NCBI GenBank assembly: GCA_000998425.1
Contig: LCDG01000006.1
Coordinates: forward strand, 1 to 55,376
DNA length: 55,376 nt
DNA from: Candidatus Nomurabacteria bacterium GW2011_GWC2_42_20
GTDB lineage: Bacteria; Patescibacteriota; Minisyncoccia; Phycocordibacterales; UBA1550
Direction of reading: 5' to 3'
Below the pieces are notes generated by a model. That model was not told the origin of the DNA. It searched no databases and was given only the letters and a program-made list of their open reading frames with translations. A program made the translations under genes and the position numbers. This document shows, piece by piece, positions 46,201 to 55,376 of the stretch (position 1 is the first letter of the stretch; each line of letters begins with the position of its first letter).

Positions 46201-47088
46201 ATGGATAGCCACATCTCAGTTCTTTTACAGGAGGGAACAGAAGGGCTAGCGCTCACAGAAGGCAAAACTGTCTTTGAGGGAACAGTTGGCCTCGGCGGGC
46301 ACAGTCGTGTTCTTTGCGAAAAAATAGGAAAGGTGGGTCTATTTATTGGAACCGATGCTGATGCAGAGTCGCTCAAAATCGCAGAAGATCGCCTAAAGGA
46401 TCTTCCATGTAAAAAAATTTTTGTGTGCGATAACTTTCGCAACATTAAAAATATCCTCAAGCAAGCAGGGGTGGAAAATGTCGATGCTATTTTGCTCGAT
46501 ATCGGTCTTTCCAACCGTCAGCTTGAAAAGACACCACGAGGGTTCTCCTTTATGCGGGATGAACCGCTATTGATGACTTTCAGTTCATCTGGCGAGGGTC
46601 TCACAGCAAGAGAAATCGTAAACGAGTGGGCAGAGGAAAGTATCGCGGACATTATTTATGGTTATGGCGAGGAAAGGTACGCCAGACGCATCGCAAAAGG
46701 AATTGTTGAGGCGCGAAAAGAAAAGCCGATAGAAACATCAGGGCAACTCGCAGATATTGTGAAGAACTGCGTGCCAAAGTTTGGTTTTAGCAAGATTAAC
46801 CCCGCAACAAAGACGTTTCAAGCACTCCGCATTGCGGTAAATGACGAGCTTGGCGCGCTTCGCGAGGGGCTAGCAGGAGGTTTTGAATGTCTTGCAGATG
46901 GAGGCAGAATGGCAGTGATCTCATTTCATAGTCTTGAGGACCGCATAGTAAAGGAATTTTTCAAACAAAAAGCTCGCGAAGGGTTAGCAATTATCGCTAC
47001 AAAAAAGCCAATAGTGCCAAGCGACACTGAAATAAAGGAAAACCCAAAATCAAGAAGCGCAAAATTAAGAATCATAATTAAAAATTAA
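46201..47088 (+). CDS. rsmH: 16S rRNA m4C1402 methyltransferase
   Basis: HISVLL, GLGGHS, FQALRIAVNDEL, ISFHSLEDRIVK, SRSAKLR. Confidence 0.97.
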   Translation: MDSHISVLLQEGTEGLALTEGKTVFEGTVGLGGHSRVLCEKIGKVGLFIGTDADAESLKIAEDRLKDLPCKKIFVCDNFRNIKNILKQAGVENVDAILLDIGLSNRQLEKTPRGFSFMRDEPLLMTFSSSGEGLTAREIVNEWAEESIADIIYGYGEERYARRIAKGIVEARKEKPIETSGQLADIVKNCVPKFGFSKINPATKTFQALRIAVNDELGALREGLAGGFECLADGGRMAVISFHSLEDRIVKEFFKQKAREGLAIIATKKPIVPSDTEIKENPKSRSAKLRIIIKN

Positions 47089-47089
47089 C

Positions 47090-47422
47090 ATGACCACAAA
47101 AACACTCGATCTAAACAATATAGAAAGAAAAATCTTCTGGGTGTTAGCAGCACTCATTGGTATAGTTATTGCATTCTATTTGTACTCGGTCGCAACGCTC
47201 ACTATTGCCGTTGTGGATCGGAATAATATAAACCAAGCGTCAAATGAGCTCACAAGTATATCAAGTGCGCTTGAATCTGAATATCTTACATATGCAAATT
47301 CTATTACGCTTGCGTATGCTCAAGAACTTGGTTTCAAAGAGGTAAAAGCGATGTTTGTCGATTCATCTACTCCTATCAATGGTACTGGTGATGTCAAGGC
47401 AAAAATTTCTATGGCACGATAG
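47090..47422 (+). CDS. FtsL-like cell division protein
   Basis: TM + short coiled coil + AQELGF; located between rsmH and ftsI. Confidence 0.65.
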   Translation: MTTKTLDLNNIERKIFWVLAALIGIVIAFYLYSVATLTIAVVDRNNINQASNELTSISSALESEYLTYANSITLAYAQELGFKEVKAMFVDSSTPINGTGDVKAKISMAR

Positions 47423-47424
47423 CG

Positions 47425-49140
47425 ATGAAGCAACAACAACTTCACAATGTATGGTTTTTGAACATAGGGGTGCTTTTGATAGCACTCCTTTTAATTACAA
47501 AGCTTGGGTATATACAAATTGCAAGGGGGGAGTATTACCAGGATCTTGCTGAGGCAAAATACAAGATTTCAGCAACAGGAAAATTTAACAGAGGAACTAT
47601 TTTTTTTGAAGAAAGAACTGGAAGAAGGATTTCCGGAGCAACGGTAGTTGCAGATTACACTCTCGCTGTCGACCCAACCAAAATTACTAATAGCGTATTG
47701 CTTGCAGATAAGCTCCTTTCTTTTGTGAAGTTTGACCGTGATGACTTCATAGCGCGAGCAGGACGTAAGGGTGACAAGTATGAAGAAGTTGCAAAACATC
47801 TATCCGAAAAAGAGGTTGAATGGATTCGTGCACTTGGAGAAAAAGGTGTAATTTTGATAAAAGATAATAAACGTTTCTATCCTGGAGGTAGGGTCGCCGC
47901 GCAGGTGCTTGGATTTGTAGGGTCTGATGGCAGTGATAGTGTGTTACAAATAGGTCGATACGGGCTAGAGCGTTATTACAATGAGCCGTTGACACGCACT
48001 AGTACAAGTGATGCCTCAAGATTTTTTGCCGATCTTTTTTTGAAACCAGGCGCAGCTATACTTTTTGATAGAGGTCGCGAAGGTGACCTTGTCACGACAA
48101 TAGAACCTACGGTGCAGGGGTTTCTTGAGCGTACATTAGAGGACGATGTTTTAAAAAAATATAATGCTGATGGCGCTGGCGGTATTATTATGGATCCAAA
48201 AACTGGAGCAATTTATGCCATGGCGACCATGCCAACATTTAATCTAAATAATTTTTCTAAAGAAAAAGATCCAAGCGTTTTTTCAAATCCACTTGTAGAT
48301 GGTGTGTATGAAATGGGTTCCATTATCAAACCACTTACATTGGCAGCAGGGATAGATGCTGGCGTAATTACAGCAAGCACAACATATGATGACAAAGGGT
48401 TCCGCATTATAAACACAAAGAGAATAGCTAATTACGATGGTAAGGCGCGTGGCGTTGTGCCGATGCAGGAGATATTGAATCAGTCGTTGAACACTGGGAC
48501 AATGTTTGTGATGGAGCGCCTCGGTAAAGACAGATTTAGGGAATATTTCAAATCGTTTGGGCTCGGGGAGGAGACTGGTATTGATCTCCCAAATGAAGGC
48601 GTGGGGGATATTCGAAATCTGGAGAGTCCACGCGACATAGAGTATGCAACGGCATCGTTTGGACAAGGTATATCATCAACACCGATAGCAACAATACGCG
48701 CACTCGCATCGCTTGCAAACGGTGGAGTACTTGTGACCCCGCATGTGGTCAAGCGCACAGAATACAGCATTGGGCCATCGCGGGATTTTGTTCCAACTGA
48801 GAAGCGGCGCGTGATAAAAAAGGAGACCTCAGAAGAGATATCGAGAATGCTTACAGTTGTTGTAGACAAAGCATTGGTGGGTGGAACACTCAAGATGGAA
48901 CATTACAGCATTGCTGCAAAAACAGGTACAGCGCAACTCGTTGAGGACGGTAGTTATTCAAAAACAGAATACCTACACACGTTCTTTGGGTATTTCCCAT
49001 CCAATGATCCAAAATTTATCATATTTCTTACTTTAAAAAACCCGCATGGTGAAGCATATGCATCACATACGCTTTCTCTGCCATTTATGCAAATAACAAA
49101 ATTTTTGCTAAACTATTATGAAATACCGCCAGACAGATAA
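47425..49140 (+). CDS. ftsI: Cell-division class B PBP (FtsI/PBP3-like)
   Basis: YEMGSIIK, SLNTG, KTGTAQ; dcw position. Confidence 0.88.
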   Translation: MKQQQLHNVWFLNIGVLLIALLLITKLGYIQIARGEYYQDLAEAKYKISATGKFNRGTIFFEERTGRRISGATVVADYTLAVDPTKITNSVLLADKLLSFVKFDRDDFIARAGRKGDKYEEVAKHLSEKEVEWIRALGEKGVILIKDNKRFYPGGRVAAQVLGFVGSDGSDSVLQIGRYGLERYYNEPLTRTSTSDASRFFADLFLKPGAAILFDRGREGDLVTTIEPTVQGFLERTLEDDVLKKYNADGAGGIIMDPKTGAIYAMATMPTFNLNNFSKEKDPSVFSNPLVDGVYEMGSIIKPLTLAAGIDAGVITASTTYDDKGFRIINTKRIANYDGKARGVVPMQEILNQSLNTGTMFVMERLGKDRFREYFKSFGLGEETGIDLPNEGVGDIRNLESPRDIEYATASFGQGISSTPIATIRALASLANGGVLVTPHVVKRTEYSIGPSRDFVPTEKRRVIKKETSEEISRMLTVVVDKALVGGTLKMEHYSIAAKTGTAQLVEDGSYSKTEYLHTFFGYFPSNDPKFIIFLTLKNPHGEAYASHTLSLPFMQITKFLLNYYEIPPDR

Positions 49141-49146
49141 ATTATT

Positions 49147-50439
49147 ATGAAAACATTTATACGACACATCATCACTATTATTCTTGAAGCAGAAGCAAGG
49201 CTTGTTATTAGAAAATATAAACCTAAAATTATTGCTGTAACGGGAAGCGTTGGCAAGACATCCACAAAAGACGCAATTTTCGCAGTGGTTGGGGAGGCGC
49301 TTGTGGCTCGCAAAAGCGTAAAGAGTTTCAATAGCGAAATCGGACTCCCTCTTACAATTTTAAATTGCGAAAATGGATGGTCAAACCCAGCACTTTGGAT
49401 AAAAAACATTATAAAGGGACTTATTCTTATTACTACACGTATGCACTACCCAAAGTGGCTAGTGCTTGAGCTAGGGGCTAGTATGCCGGGCGATATTGAA
49501 CGCGCAACTCTTTTGGTGGTGCCTGATATCGCTGTCGTTACGCGTTTTGGAGATGTCCCTGTGCATGTGGAGTTTTTTAAATCACCAGACGAGCTTTTTG
49601 AAGAAAAAACAAAATTGGTAAAGGCCCTCCGTAATACCGGCGTTCTTATTGTGAATGCTGATGACGAACGAGTCCTTGCTCTACGTGAAAAAACAAAAGC
49701 AAAATCACTCACTTACGGATTAAATGCTGGCACAATGTTTAGAGCAACAAACATTCAGACGGCGTACGAGGCTGGCGTACCTGTTGGAACTACATTTAAG
49801 CTTGAATATGACGGCAACGTGTTTCCTGTCGATATGCGTGGTGTTCTTGGGAGTCAACCCGTTTATAGCGCTCTTGCGGCGATAGCAACTGGCGCATATT
49901 TGAAGCTTAACATCGTAGATATGATAGGGCGATTGTCTCTTCATATAAGCCCGCCTGGACGCATGAGAGTGCTTCCAGGACTCAAGGGATCTGCAATCAT
50001 TGACGATACATACAATGCGTCTCCAGTAGCAGCAGAGGCTGCTGTGGAAACTCTCAAGAGTATAAAGACAAAGGGGAAACGAATAGCAGTTTTGGGAGAC
50101 ATGCTCGAGCTTGGGAAATTTACAATAGAAGAGCACAAGAAGCTTGGCAAACAAGCTGGAAGTTTCGCAGACCTCGTTATTGCTGTTGGCCCTCGCGCTC
50201 AATATATAGCGGAGGGCGCGCTCGATAGCGATATGAGCGAAAAAAATATTATTCAGTTTGATGACTCACATTTGGCGGGAAAGTATTTAGAGAGTATTTT
50301 GAGTAATGGGGATATTGTTCTTGTGAAGGGTTCACAAGGTATGCGAATGGAACGAACAGTGGAAGAAATAATGGCAGAACCAGAGCGCGCCAGCGATCTA
50401 CTTGTCCGCCAAGAGGAAGAATGGAAAGTAAGGGCGTAA
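49147..50439 (+). CDS. murF: UDP-MurNAc-tripeptide--D-Ala-D-Ala ligase
   Basis: VTGSVGKTSTK, NSEIGLPLT, DDTYNASP, LGDMLELG, LVKGSQ. Confidence 0.95.
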   Translation: MKTFIRHIITIILEAEARLVIRKYKPKIIAVTGSVGKTSTKDAIFAVVGEALVARKSVKSFNSEIGLPLTILNCENGWSNPALWIKNIIKGLILITTRMHYPKWLVLELGASMPGDIERATLLVVPDIAVVTRFGDVPVHVEFFKSPDELFEEKTKLVKALRNTGVLIVNADDERVLALREKTKAKSLTYGLNAGTMFRATNIQTAYEAGVPVGTTFKLEYDGNVFPVDMRGVLGSQPVYSALAAIATGAYLKLNIVDMIGRLSLHISPPGRMRVLPGLKGSAIIDDTYNASPVAAEAAVETLKSIKTKGKRIAVLGDMLELGKFTIEEHKKLGKQAGSFADLVIAVGPRAQYIAEGALDSDMSEKNIIQFDDSHLAGKYLESILSNGDIVLVKGSQGMRMERTVEEIMAEPERASDLLVRQEEEWKVRA

Positions 50440-50555
50440 ATGACCCCACACATTTCCAGATAGTGCTTCGTTGCAGAAACAGCAAAAACGTGCTATGATA
50501 TGTTGTGTCAAAGAAAGCGCCATCAGGCGCTTTGGCATTGGTTTATGTTGCAAAT

Positions 50556-50627
50556 GGCTCTATCGTCTAGTGGTTAGGACGAAAGCTTCTCAAGCTTTAA
50601 ACCGGAGTTCGATTCTCCGTAGAGTCA
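50556..50627 (+). tRNA. tRNA-Glu (CTC), CCA not encoded
   Basis: GGCTCTATCGTCTAGTGGTTAGGACGAAAGCTTCTCAAGCTTTAAACCGGAGTTCGATTCTCCGTAGAGTCA cloverleaf. Confidence 0.96.
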
Positions 50628-50743
50628 CACATAAGTACCTCATAGTCATGTAATTATATTAATGACACTCGCACTTGATTCTGTGGAACAGAAGGCGTAG
50701 GCTATAGGTAGGTTAAGTAGTTATTTAAAAAGGGGAGGCTGTC

Positions 50744-51229
50744 ATGAATACCGATCTTTTTGTGTTGCAGCATCATTGTTTGGGGTATGTGCTGCTCATG
50801 TCTCAGGTGGTGGAGGGTTTGGATTGCGTGCTTGATGATGGACTGCTGCCACCATATTACCAAGGAGTATTTCAAAAAGCAGCGCTCCTTTGTGATGAGA
50901 TTGTGCGTGATGGGCACAAAATACCATATAGCATAGCAGTTGATGGAATATGTGATGCTACAATTTGGTTTTCCTTTTTATCCAAATGCCACCCAGAAAT
51001 TTATGAGTATTTTACAACATACGAAGATGTTGTCGGAGTCTCTGAAACTCTCAAGTATTTGGGGAGGGACGATTCATCATCGTATGCGTACTCTGTGGAA
51101 TGGATTCTCACAGTGCAACAATTTTTTGTATCGCTGTGGGTCGCCGTGGCCGGCGAGTGCGCAAAGGAAGGTATTATTGTTGATATAAACCCTGCTGTGT
51201 TTCCAGAAACAAGCCTGCGTCTTCAGTAG
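50744..51229 (+). CDS. Hypothetical acidic protein (ORFan)
   Basis: Promoter TTGATT-17 bp-TAGGCT (50675-50703), SD AGGGGAGG. Confidence 0.6.
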   Translation: MNTDLFVLQHHCLGYVLLMSQVVEGLDCVLDDGLLPPYYQGVFQKAALLCDEIVRDGHKIPYSIAVDGICDATIWFSFLSKCHPEIYEYFTTYEDVVGVSETLKYLGRDDSSSYAYSVEWILTVQQFFVSLWVAVAGECAKEGIIVDINPAVFPETSLRLQ

Positions 51230-51315
51230 AGGTAATTATTTTGATCATCCACAATGTGTAAGCGTTGTGGGTGATTTTGTTTTTTACACAACATGTTATG
51301 CTGTACTTACTTTTT

Positions 51316-51948
51316 ATGAAAATATTTTCACACAGAGGATGGGCGGCAGGCGAGCACGAGAATACAATTTTCGCATTCAAGAAATCTGTTGAAGAGGGGA
51401 TTGGTGGTGTAGAATTTGACGTTCGTTACGGCGCTGATGGCAAAACTGTTGTCTGCGCGCACGACCCTGTTTCATGCAGTACTGCGGTAACTCTTGATGA
51501 AGTATTACAGTATTTGGAGCCAATAAAATTGGAACTACTAATCGAGCTAAAGGAGTATTCTGAAGAGTTTTATAAAGATGTTGTGTGCCTTGTTCGCAAG
51601 CATTGCCTTACAAACAGAACAACGATCTTTGGTTTCCCGTCAGAGGCTAAGTTTTTTCCATGGGGGAGTAGACAGGACGTTAAATTAGGAATTATAGCTC
51701 CATACCCACAGGATATAAAAAGATATGTTGAAATGTATGAACCAAACATGGTGCTAATGGGCTGGGGAAATAAAAAGGAGCGGTTGAAGTTTAAACTTGC
51801 GTGGTCAGTATTATCTCTATCAAAAACCTTTTCAAGGTATTCTCAAATAAAATTTGTAATTGGCGTCGCATATGGAAGTGATGATAAAAAATGGCTTTCC
51901 AGACAGCGGGGACTCTATGGTATAACGGCAGATATGCCAATTATTTAA
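51316..51948 (+). CDS. Glycerophosphodiester phosphodiesterase family protein
   Basis: SHRG, ENTIFAF, VEFDV, CAHD, IELK. Confidence 0.88.
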   Translation: MKIFSHRGWAAGEHENTIFAFKKSVEEGIGGVEFDVRYGADGKTVVCAHDPVSCSTAVTLDEVLQYLEPIKLELLIELKEYSEEFYKDVVCLVRKHCLTNRTTIFGFPSEAKFFPWGSRQDVKLGIIAPYPQDIKRYVEMYEPNMVLMGWGNKKERLKFKLAWSVLSLSKTFSRYSQIKFVIGVAYGSDDKKWLSRQRGLYGITADMPII

Positions 51949-51958
51949 ATAAAACCGT

Positions 51959-51987
51959 AAAGGCTCGCTACACCAGGCGAGCCTTTT
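51959..51987 (+). terminator. Intrinsic terminator
   Basis: aaaggctcgc / gcgagcctttt. Confidence 0.75.
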
Positions 51988-52024
51988 AATTTTATATGTC
52001 CGAATTTTCTGATAGAATGAGGAA

Positions 52025-52741
52025 ATGAGAGAGTCTACAAAACAACTTCGAAAGGTCGCAATTTTTGATATTGACGGAACAATTTTTCGCTCATCGCTCC
52101 TGATAGAGCTTGTGGAAGTCCTAATAGAAATGGGGATTTTCCCAGTTTCAGCGCGCGCGGACTATGAAAAAGAAAAAGTGCGTTGGCTTGATCGTAAAGG
52201 GGACTATGAGGCATATATTATGGCTGTTGTTGCCGTATTTATGAAGAATATTAAAGGTGTACCATATAGCGAATTTATGCGTGCATCAGAATTTGTTGTT
52301 GCGCGATATCGCCATCGCACCTATGTATTTACTGAAAACCTCATCAAGGAACTAAAAAAGGACGGGTATTTTTTGCTTGCAATCTCGCAGTCACCAAAAG
52401 GGACACTCGATCTTTTTTGCAGAGATATCGGATTTGATAAGACGTATGGCAGGCTATACGAGACTGGACCAACTGATTGTTTAACTGGAAATATTTTAGA
52501 CGAACACTTGATCGCAAATAAAGCTACTATTGTGCGTCGGGCATGCGAAAAGGATGGGTTAACACTTGAAGGCTCAGTTGGTGTGGGTGACACAGAGGGT
52601 GATATATCGTTTTTAGAGCTTGTCGAGAGACCGATTTGTTTCAACCCAAATCAGAAACTTTCTCGGTATGCAAAACGTATGGATTGGGAAATAGTTGTTG
52701 AGCGTAAAGATGTGATTTATGAACTTAATAAAATAAACTAA
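52025..52741 (+). CDS. HAD-IB family hydrolase (SerB-like)
   Basis: FDIDGT, ISQS, K, GDTEGD, NP motifs. Confidence 0.9.
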   Translation: MRESTKQLRKVAIFDIDGTIFRSSLLIELVEVLIEMGIFPVSARADYEKEKVRWLDRKGDYEAYIMAVVAVFMKNIKGVPYSEFMRASEFVVARYRHRTYVFTENLIKELKKDGYFLLAISQSPKGTLDLFCRDIGFDKTYGRLYETGPTDCLTGNILDEHLIANKATIVRRACEKDGLTLEGSVGVGDTEGDISFLELVERPICFNPNQKLSRYAKRMDWEIVVERKDVIYELNKIN

Positions 52742-52745
52742 AATT

Positions 52746-53003
52746 ATGGGACGAATAAACAAAATTAAAAATGAGGGGGAGAGGATTACAAGCGAGGTAC
52801 GTGACCGCTCGATGACATATATTGCTGGAGGTCTCGGTATCGTTGTTGGTCTCGCATGGAACGAGGCAATCAAATCGCTCATAGACTATTTTTATCCTGC
52901 TTCTGGAGCAAACTCGATTTCTGCAAAGTTTATATATGCAATTATTATTACGACTGTCGTGGTACTTGTAACAATGTACATCGTACGGCCTCCAAAGATG
53001 TAG
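52746..53003 (+). CDS. DUF5654-like small membrane protein
   Basis: GLGIVVGLAWNEAIK...FIYAIIIT. Confidence 0.75.
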   Translation: MGRINKIKNEGERITSEVRDRSMTYIAGGLGIVVGLAWNEAIKSLIDYFYPASGANSISAKFIYAIIITTVVVLVTMYIVRPPKM

Positions 53004-53079
53004 CAGGATTTTGCATAAAATTTGTAAAATTTAAAAATCTATGAGATATTGCAAATAGATTGTTCTTAAGGAGAAAATC

Positions 53080-53319
53080 GTGGAGAAAATATTGAATGAT
53101 GCTTTGGATTACATCATTAACATTCTGGTACTCATTGTGCTTGCGCTTGTATCTGTGGTAATATATCTTTTTTTTATCACAGAGGATTTGAGGCAGAAGC
53201 TATGGCGCGAATTGATCATCCTTGTTTTTGGATACGGTGGTGATATTGTCGATGCAGTATCAGCTGGTGTTCGTGGACTTTTTGATCCTGATTATGCGCG
53301 CGAGGTATTGAATTGTTAA
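53080..53319 (+). CDS. Hypothetical membrane protein (ORFan)
   Basis: GTG start after AAGGAG; TM segment; terminator downstream. Confidence 0.55.
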   Translation: MEKILNDALDYIINILVLIVLALVSVVIYLFFITEDLRQKLWRELIILVFGYGGDIVDAVSAGVRGLFDPDYAREVLNC

Positions 53320-53332
53320 GGTTGTTATTTCC

Positions 53333-53364
53333 AAAAAGCCGCTCTGTGTACAGAGCGGCTTTTT
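53333..53364. terminator. Bidirectional terminator
   Basis: aaaaagccgctctgt / acagagcggcttttt. Confidence 0.9.
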
Positions 53365-54288
53365 CTATGAAACAAGTGTTGATATCGGTATTTCTAATGC
53401 TTCAAATGCAGCATTTTTTGTAATAGTGCCATCATTGAACATTAAAAAATAGGGAAGTCCCAACGATCCAAGACGAGAAACTGCCTCATTTTTTGTAAGG
53501 AGTATCGCAAGCGACGCCTCAGTGTCTGCCTGCTCGCATGTCTCTGCGACAACGGTCGCGCTCATTATTTCAGAAGGCGATTCCATTGTCTTCATGTTTA
53601 CAAGGTGATGCCACTTTTTGCCATCCTGGTCACCATACGTTTGGTAGGTTCCAGATGTCGCCACCCCAGCGTTTTGTACTCCAAGGGCTGCTACAATAGC
53701 CCCAGTGCTGCGTGGGTCCTGAATAGCAATGTTCCATGACTTACCATCCTTAAATGCCCCTTTTGTCAAAATATCACCACCAGCATTGATCATGAATCCA
53801 TGTGTGCGTATGTCGATAATTTCTAAAACTGCATTCCCCGCCATATCAATTGCCATACCTTTTACAATACACGCTGGTTCAAGAATCTGCCCTGGAGCAA
53901 GTCGGACTAGAAGCTCTCGGTCGTTAAAGGCAAGGTCGCGATATGTTGGCTGTGGAGCACGCATAGTAAAATGCTCTGGTAACCCATACCCATAGGATGC
54001 AAGAATTCCTCCAACTGATGGATCAAATACACCATTTGTTTCTGATGCTAGCGCGACACATCTTTTAAGCACCTGAAAAAGCTCGACAGACACCTTGTGC
54101 CAGGCTCCGTTGCTAGTATTTAACCCCATGAGCTCGCTTTCTGGTTTGAAGCGACTAAAGCGGAAGTCATACTCACTAAATACACACTCAGCTTTTCTTA
54201 GTACATCATCTGCTTGCTCAGAGGAAACCCCGACCATTGTAATATGGACTGGGATTCCCATTGAGTGAAACACGCGATGCTCTGTCAT
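53365..54288 (-). CDS. apbE: FAD:protein FMN transferase
   Basis: FSRFKPESEL, GVFDPSV, VKGMAID, INAGGDI, ATSGTY, WHHLVN. Confidence 0.9.
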   Translation of the reverse strand: MTEHRVFHSMGIPVHITMVGVSSEQADDVLRKAECVFSEYDFRFSRFKPESELMGLNTSNGAWHKVSVELFQVLKRCVALASETNGVFDPSVGGILASYGYGLPEHFTMRAPQPTYRDLAFNDRELLVRLAPGQILEPACIVKGMAIDMAGNAVLEIIDIRTHGFMINAGGDILTKGAFKDGKSWNIAIQDPRSTGAIVAALGVQNAGVATSGTYQTYGDQDGKKWHHLVNMKTMESPSEIMSATVVAETCEQADTEASLAILLTKNEAVSRLGSLGLPYFLMFNDGTITKNAAFEALEIPISTLVS

Positions 54289-54294
54289 AAATAG

Positions 54295-55332
54295 TTAGTC
54301 GTCCCAATCCTCGTCATCGTCTTCATCCCAATCGTCGTGGGCATCATCATAGTCGTCATCATGATATGTACGTGAAATTGTTGGTTTTGTATTTTGTGTT
54401 TGAGTAGTCCTTGTTGTATTTATCACAGGAGTAGCGACAGTCCCCTGAGCGCTAGCTTTTGCAATAGCGCTCTCCAAAGATGACTTGAATGCAATACTTG
54501 CGTATGTTGCTCCAGACACACCTTGTATATTTGCTCCGCCAGCTTTTAAGGCTTGGTCTATTAGAAAAGGTTTCGCCTCTACAGATGGCGGCGAGTTTGG
54601 AACCTGAGGCATCGCAACCGCAGTAATCTTTCCATTAGTAAAAGTAACAGATGCTACCGCATTTCCCCATGGTGTTTGGTATGCAGCACCTGTAAAGGTG
54701 CCAGAAACACTTCCCGACGGAGCGGTAATAGTCTGTGTCGCTGTGGTCTGCCTTGTGGTCGGCGATGCTGTCCTTGATGTTGGTCTTAATGCTGATGTGA
54801 CAGCGGTATCAATGCCTGCTGCTGCAAATGTATCAGATGATGCTGACGTTGTTGGCGCTACAGGTGCTCCTTGTGCTGCTGCAACAGCAAGTGCGCTTTC
54901 AAGAGATGCTACAAATGCGCGACTTGTAATAGTTGCTCCAGAGACACCCTGGATATCCGCAGATCCGCTCCTAAGCACCTGGTCGATAAGATATGGCTCT
55001 GCGTACACAGATGGTGGCGAGTCTGGTAGCGTGGCAATCTCAACAGCGACTATTTTCCCATCCTTGACCTTTATTGCTGTTGCAAGAGGTCCCCATGGTG
55101 TCTGATAACCCTTTCCTTTTGCAGCAATGGTTGTTTGACCAGCTACTGTTTGCCTGGTCATTGATGCAGTCGTACTGTCTACAGACTCATCGTCACTACC
55201 TCTTGGTGTCGTAGCTAGGGTAGGGGTGTCGCCTTGTTTAGCGCGCTGAATCCCTAGAATAACCACCAAAACAGAAACACTCGTGAAAAAGTACACAAAG
55301 AATTTTTGTAGATTTTTTTGGAAGGATGCCAT
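54295..55332 (-). CDS. Membrane-anchored protein with two FMN-binding (flavinylation) domains and an acidic tail
   Basis: Two repeats YQTPWG...GKI...IQGVSGAT..S.AF..SLESA; N-terminal TM; adjacent to apbE. Confidence 0.88.
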   Translation of the reverse strand: MASFQKNLQKFFVYFFTSVSVLVVILGIQRAKQGDTPTLATTPRGSDDESVDSTTASMTRQTVAGQTTIAAKGKGYQTPWGPLATAIKVKDGKIVAVEIATLPDSPPSVYAEPYLIDQVLRSGSADIQGVSGATITSRAFVASLESALAVAAAQGAPVAPTTSASSDTFAAAGIDTAVTSALRPTSRTASPTTRQTTATQTITAPSGSVSGTFTGAAYQTPWGNAVASVTFTNGKITAVAMPQVPNSPPSVEAKPFLIDQALKAGGANIQGVSGATYASIAFKSSLESAIAKASAQGTVATPVINTTRTTQTQNTKPTISRTYHDDDYDDAHDDWDEDDDEDWDD

Positions 55333-55376
55333 AGTAGTTATTAGTATTGCGTTATAATTTTTAGCCTTTTCATCGT

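Noticed and set aside
1211-55105. Many antisense and alternate-frame ORFs in the track (e.g. 12006-12515, 16542-17063, 34926-35558, 38169-38750)
   Set aside because: They are shadows of well-supported genes and carry no motifs of their own.
1-55376. CRISPR array, cas genes, rRNA, tmRNA, RNase P or SRP RNA
   Set aside because: I found no regularly spaced repeat-spacer units and no recognisable consensus for these RNAs by eye; an Rfam scan would be needed to exclude divergent ones.
50556-55376. Second island integrated at tRNA-Glu
   Set aside because: Accessory-looking genes follow the tRNA, but no integrase and no repeat of the tRNA 3' end is visible within the window.

Overview
A 55.4-kb chromosomal stretch, most likely from a Patescibacteria (CPR, Parcubacteria-like) bacterium using genetic code 11. 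The assignment is inferred from compact core proteins, an ATPase-degenerate PriA, a DUF5654-like gene, a FtsA-like + baseplate-J-like gene pair and core genes lacking Shine-Dalgarno sites. Most of the window is housekeeping: rnr, rpsP, infA-rpmJ-rpsMKD-rpoA-rplQ-rplM-rpsI, grpE-dnaK-dnaJ, pyk, def/fmt, priA, murA, two mreB, mreC, PBP2, proS, greA, lysS, mraZ-rsmH-ftsL-ftsI-murF, tRNA-Asn and tRNA-Glu. The main accessory feature is a ~6.8-kb element (18435-25196) integrated at the 3' end of tRNA-Asn and bounded by a 15-bp direct repeat. It carries a large serine recombinase, an HTH replication-initiator-like gene with internal iterons and a highly structured cloverleaf RNA able to pair with the start region of a small membrane protein. 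It also carries a translationally coupled three-gene cassette (TIGR04255-family protein, 68-aa peptide, protein with a MazF/PemK-like motif pattern). That cassette is the best candidate for an undescribed toxin-antitoxin-chaperone-like defence system. Other notable signals are a double-hairpin motif with compensatory changes in front of two ribosomal-protein operons, an active + catalytically dead M14 peptidase pair, a degenerate tRNA-Asn copy and spacer-less 52- and 60-bp palindromes. ORFans carry strong SD sites that the core genes lack, and there is an ApbE/FMN-binding flavinylation module. All family assignments come from motif recognition by eye; no database search was run.
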